Below, one piece after another: positions 63,664 through 64,000 of a stretch of DNA of 64,000 nucleotides. The stretch is from Escherichia coli (lineage in GTDB: Bacteria; Pseudomonadota; Gammaproteobacteria; Enterobacterales; Enterobacteriaceae), in NCBI RefSeq assembly GCF_013315695.1, contig NZ_CP054353.1. One strand, written 5' to 3'. Under the pieces are notes generated by a model. That model did no database searches and had not been told where the DNA came from. It saw only the letters and a list, made by a program, of their open reading frames with translations. Every line of letters begins with the position of its first letter. The first letter of the stretch is position 1. Made by a program: the position numbers and the translations under genes.

Positions 63664-64000
63664 TTATCGCGCCAGCGGCTGAACGGATACGCCAGAACCC
63701 GCAAAGGCGGCGCATTTTTTCGCGTCAGTGTCGGCGCTCTCAGGCCAGTTTACGGCGGCGATATTAAATATCCCCGTCTTGTAACACTGTGCTGATTTCT
63801 GCTTTGACGTGTCCACGGGGTACGAAGTCAGATAAACAGCCTTGCCAGATTCCTGACCATCCCACGGCTTAAACTCGCCATTGTCCGCCAGCATCAGCGG
63901 GGTAAATTCCTGAATAACGCCAGCATCAGCGGCAAAATGTACCAGCGTCGTGGATACCTGCTGACTGCCTGCAAATAACTCAATGTATGGAGTGTCCATA
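63664..64000 (-). CDS. phage head decoration protein, lambda gpD-like (5' end outside window)
   Basis: TPLMLADNGEFKPWDG...YKTGIFNIAAVNWPESADTDAKKCAAFAGSGVSV aligns with recalled lambda gpD (TPLMLD...WDG...[35 protein letters not shown]). Confidence 0.65.
   Translation of the reverse strand, partial: MDTPYIELFAGSQQVSTTLVHFAADAGVIQEFTPLMLADNGEFKPWDGQESGKAVYLTSYPVDTSKQKSAQCYKTGIFNIAAVNWPESADTDAKKCAAFAGSGVSVQPLAR

Larger units (their letters stand above)
61200..64000. mobile_element. edge of a second phage-derived element (prophage, satellite or remnant) adjacent to clpS; continues beyond the window
   Basis: cspD, adjacent to clpS in K-12 as I recall, is absent; instead direct-repeat arrays, palindromes and minus-strand phage-like genes including a gpD-like decoration protein. 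Confidence 0.45.

Overview
Enterobacterial (E. coli-type) chromosomal window, in reverse orientation relative to the K-12 map. The host backbone is dmsC-dmsB-dmsA (minus strand, 191-4128), then serS-rarA-lolA-ftsK-lrp (minus), trxB-cydD-cydC-aat-infA-serW (plus) and clpA-clpS (minus), covering 43194-61157. Between dmsA and serS sits a ~38.8 kb P2-like (Peduovirus-type) prophage (about 4323-43165), flanked by a 16-bp direct repeat that overlaps the serS terminator. It carries a complete P2 gene set: integrase, C repressor, early operon, replication gene A, portal/terminase, capsid, lysis cassette, tail genes, D and ogr. Several cargo genes interrupt that backbone, and I rate these the best candidates for an undescribed system, without being able to prove function from sequence alone: (1) the variable region between A and the portal gene (15590-17600), holding a four-gene operon with a tail-less SSB-like protein plus a convergent AT-rich membrane-protein gene at the position P2 uses for old/tin; (2) a minus-strand membrane protein inside the early operon, next to an 829-bp tandem duplication; (3) a NanS-p-like sialate O-acetylesterase between lysis and tail genes; (4) a HokA-like type I toxin near attR; (5) two tiny hydrophobic peptides in the early operon. 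The tail sheath/tube/tape-measure block is inverted relative to P2. Beyond clpS (61158-64000), where cspD is expected in K-12, there is instead phage-like DNA with a lambda gpD-like decoration protein, palindrome clusters and a ~50-bp inverted-repeat pair. All family assignments rest on motifs and recalled homologs; no database search was run. Coordinates I derived by hand rather than from the ORF track may be off by a base or two.
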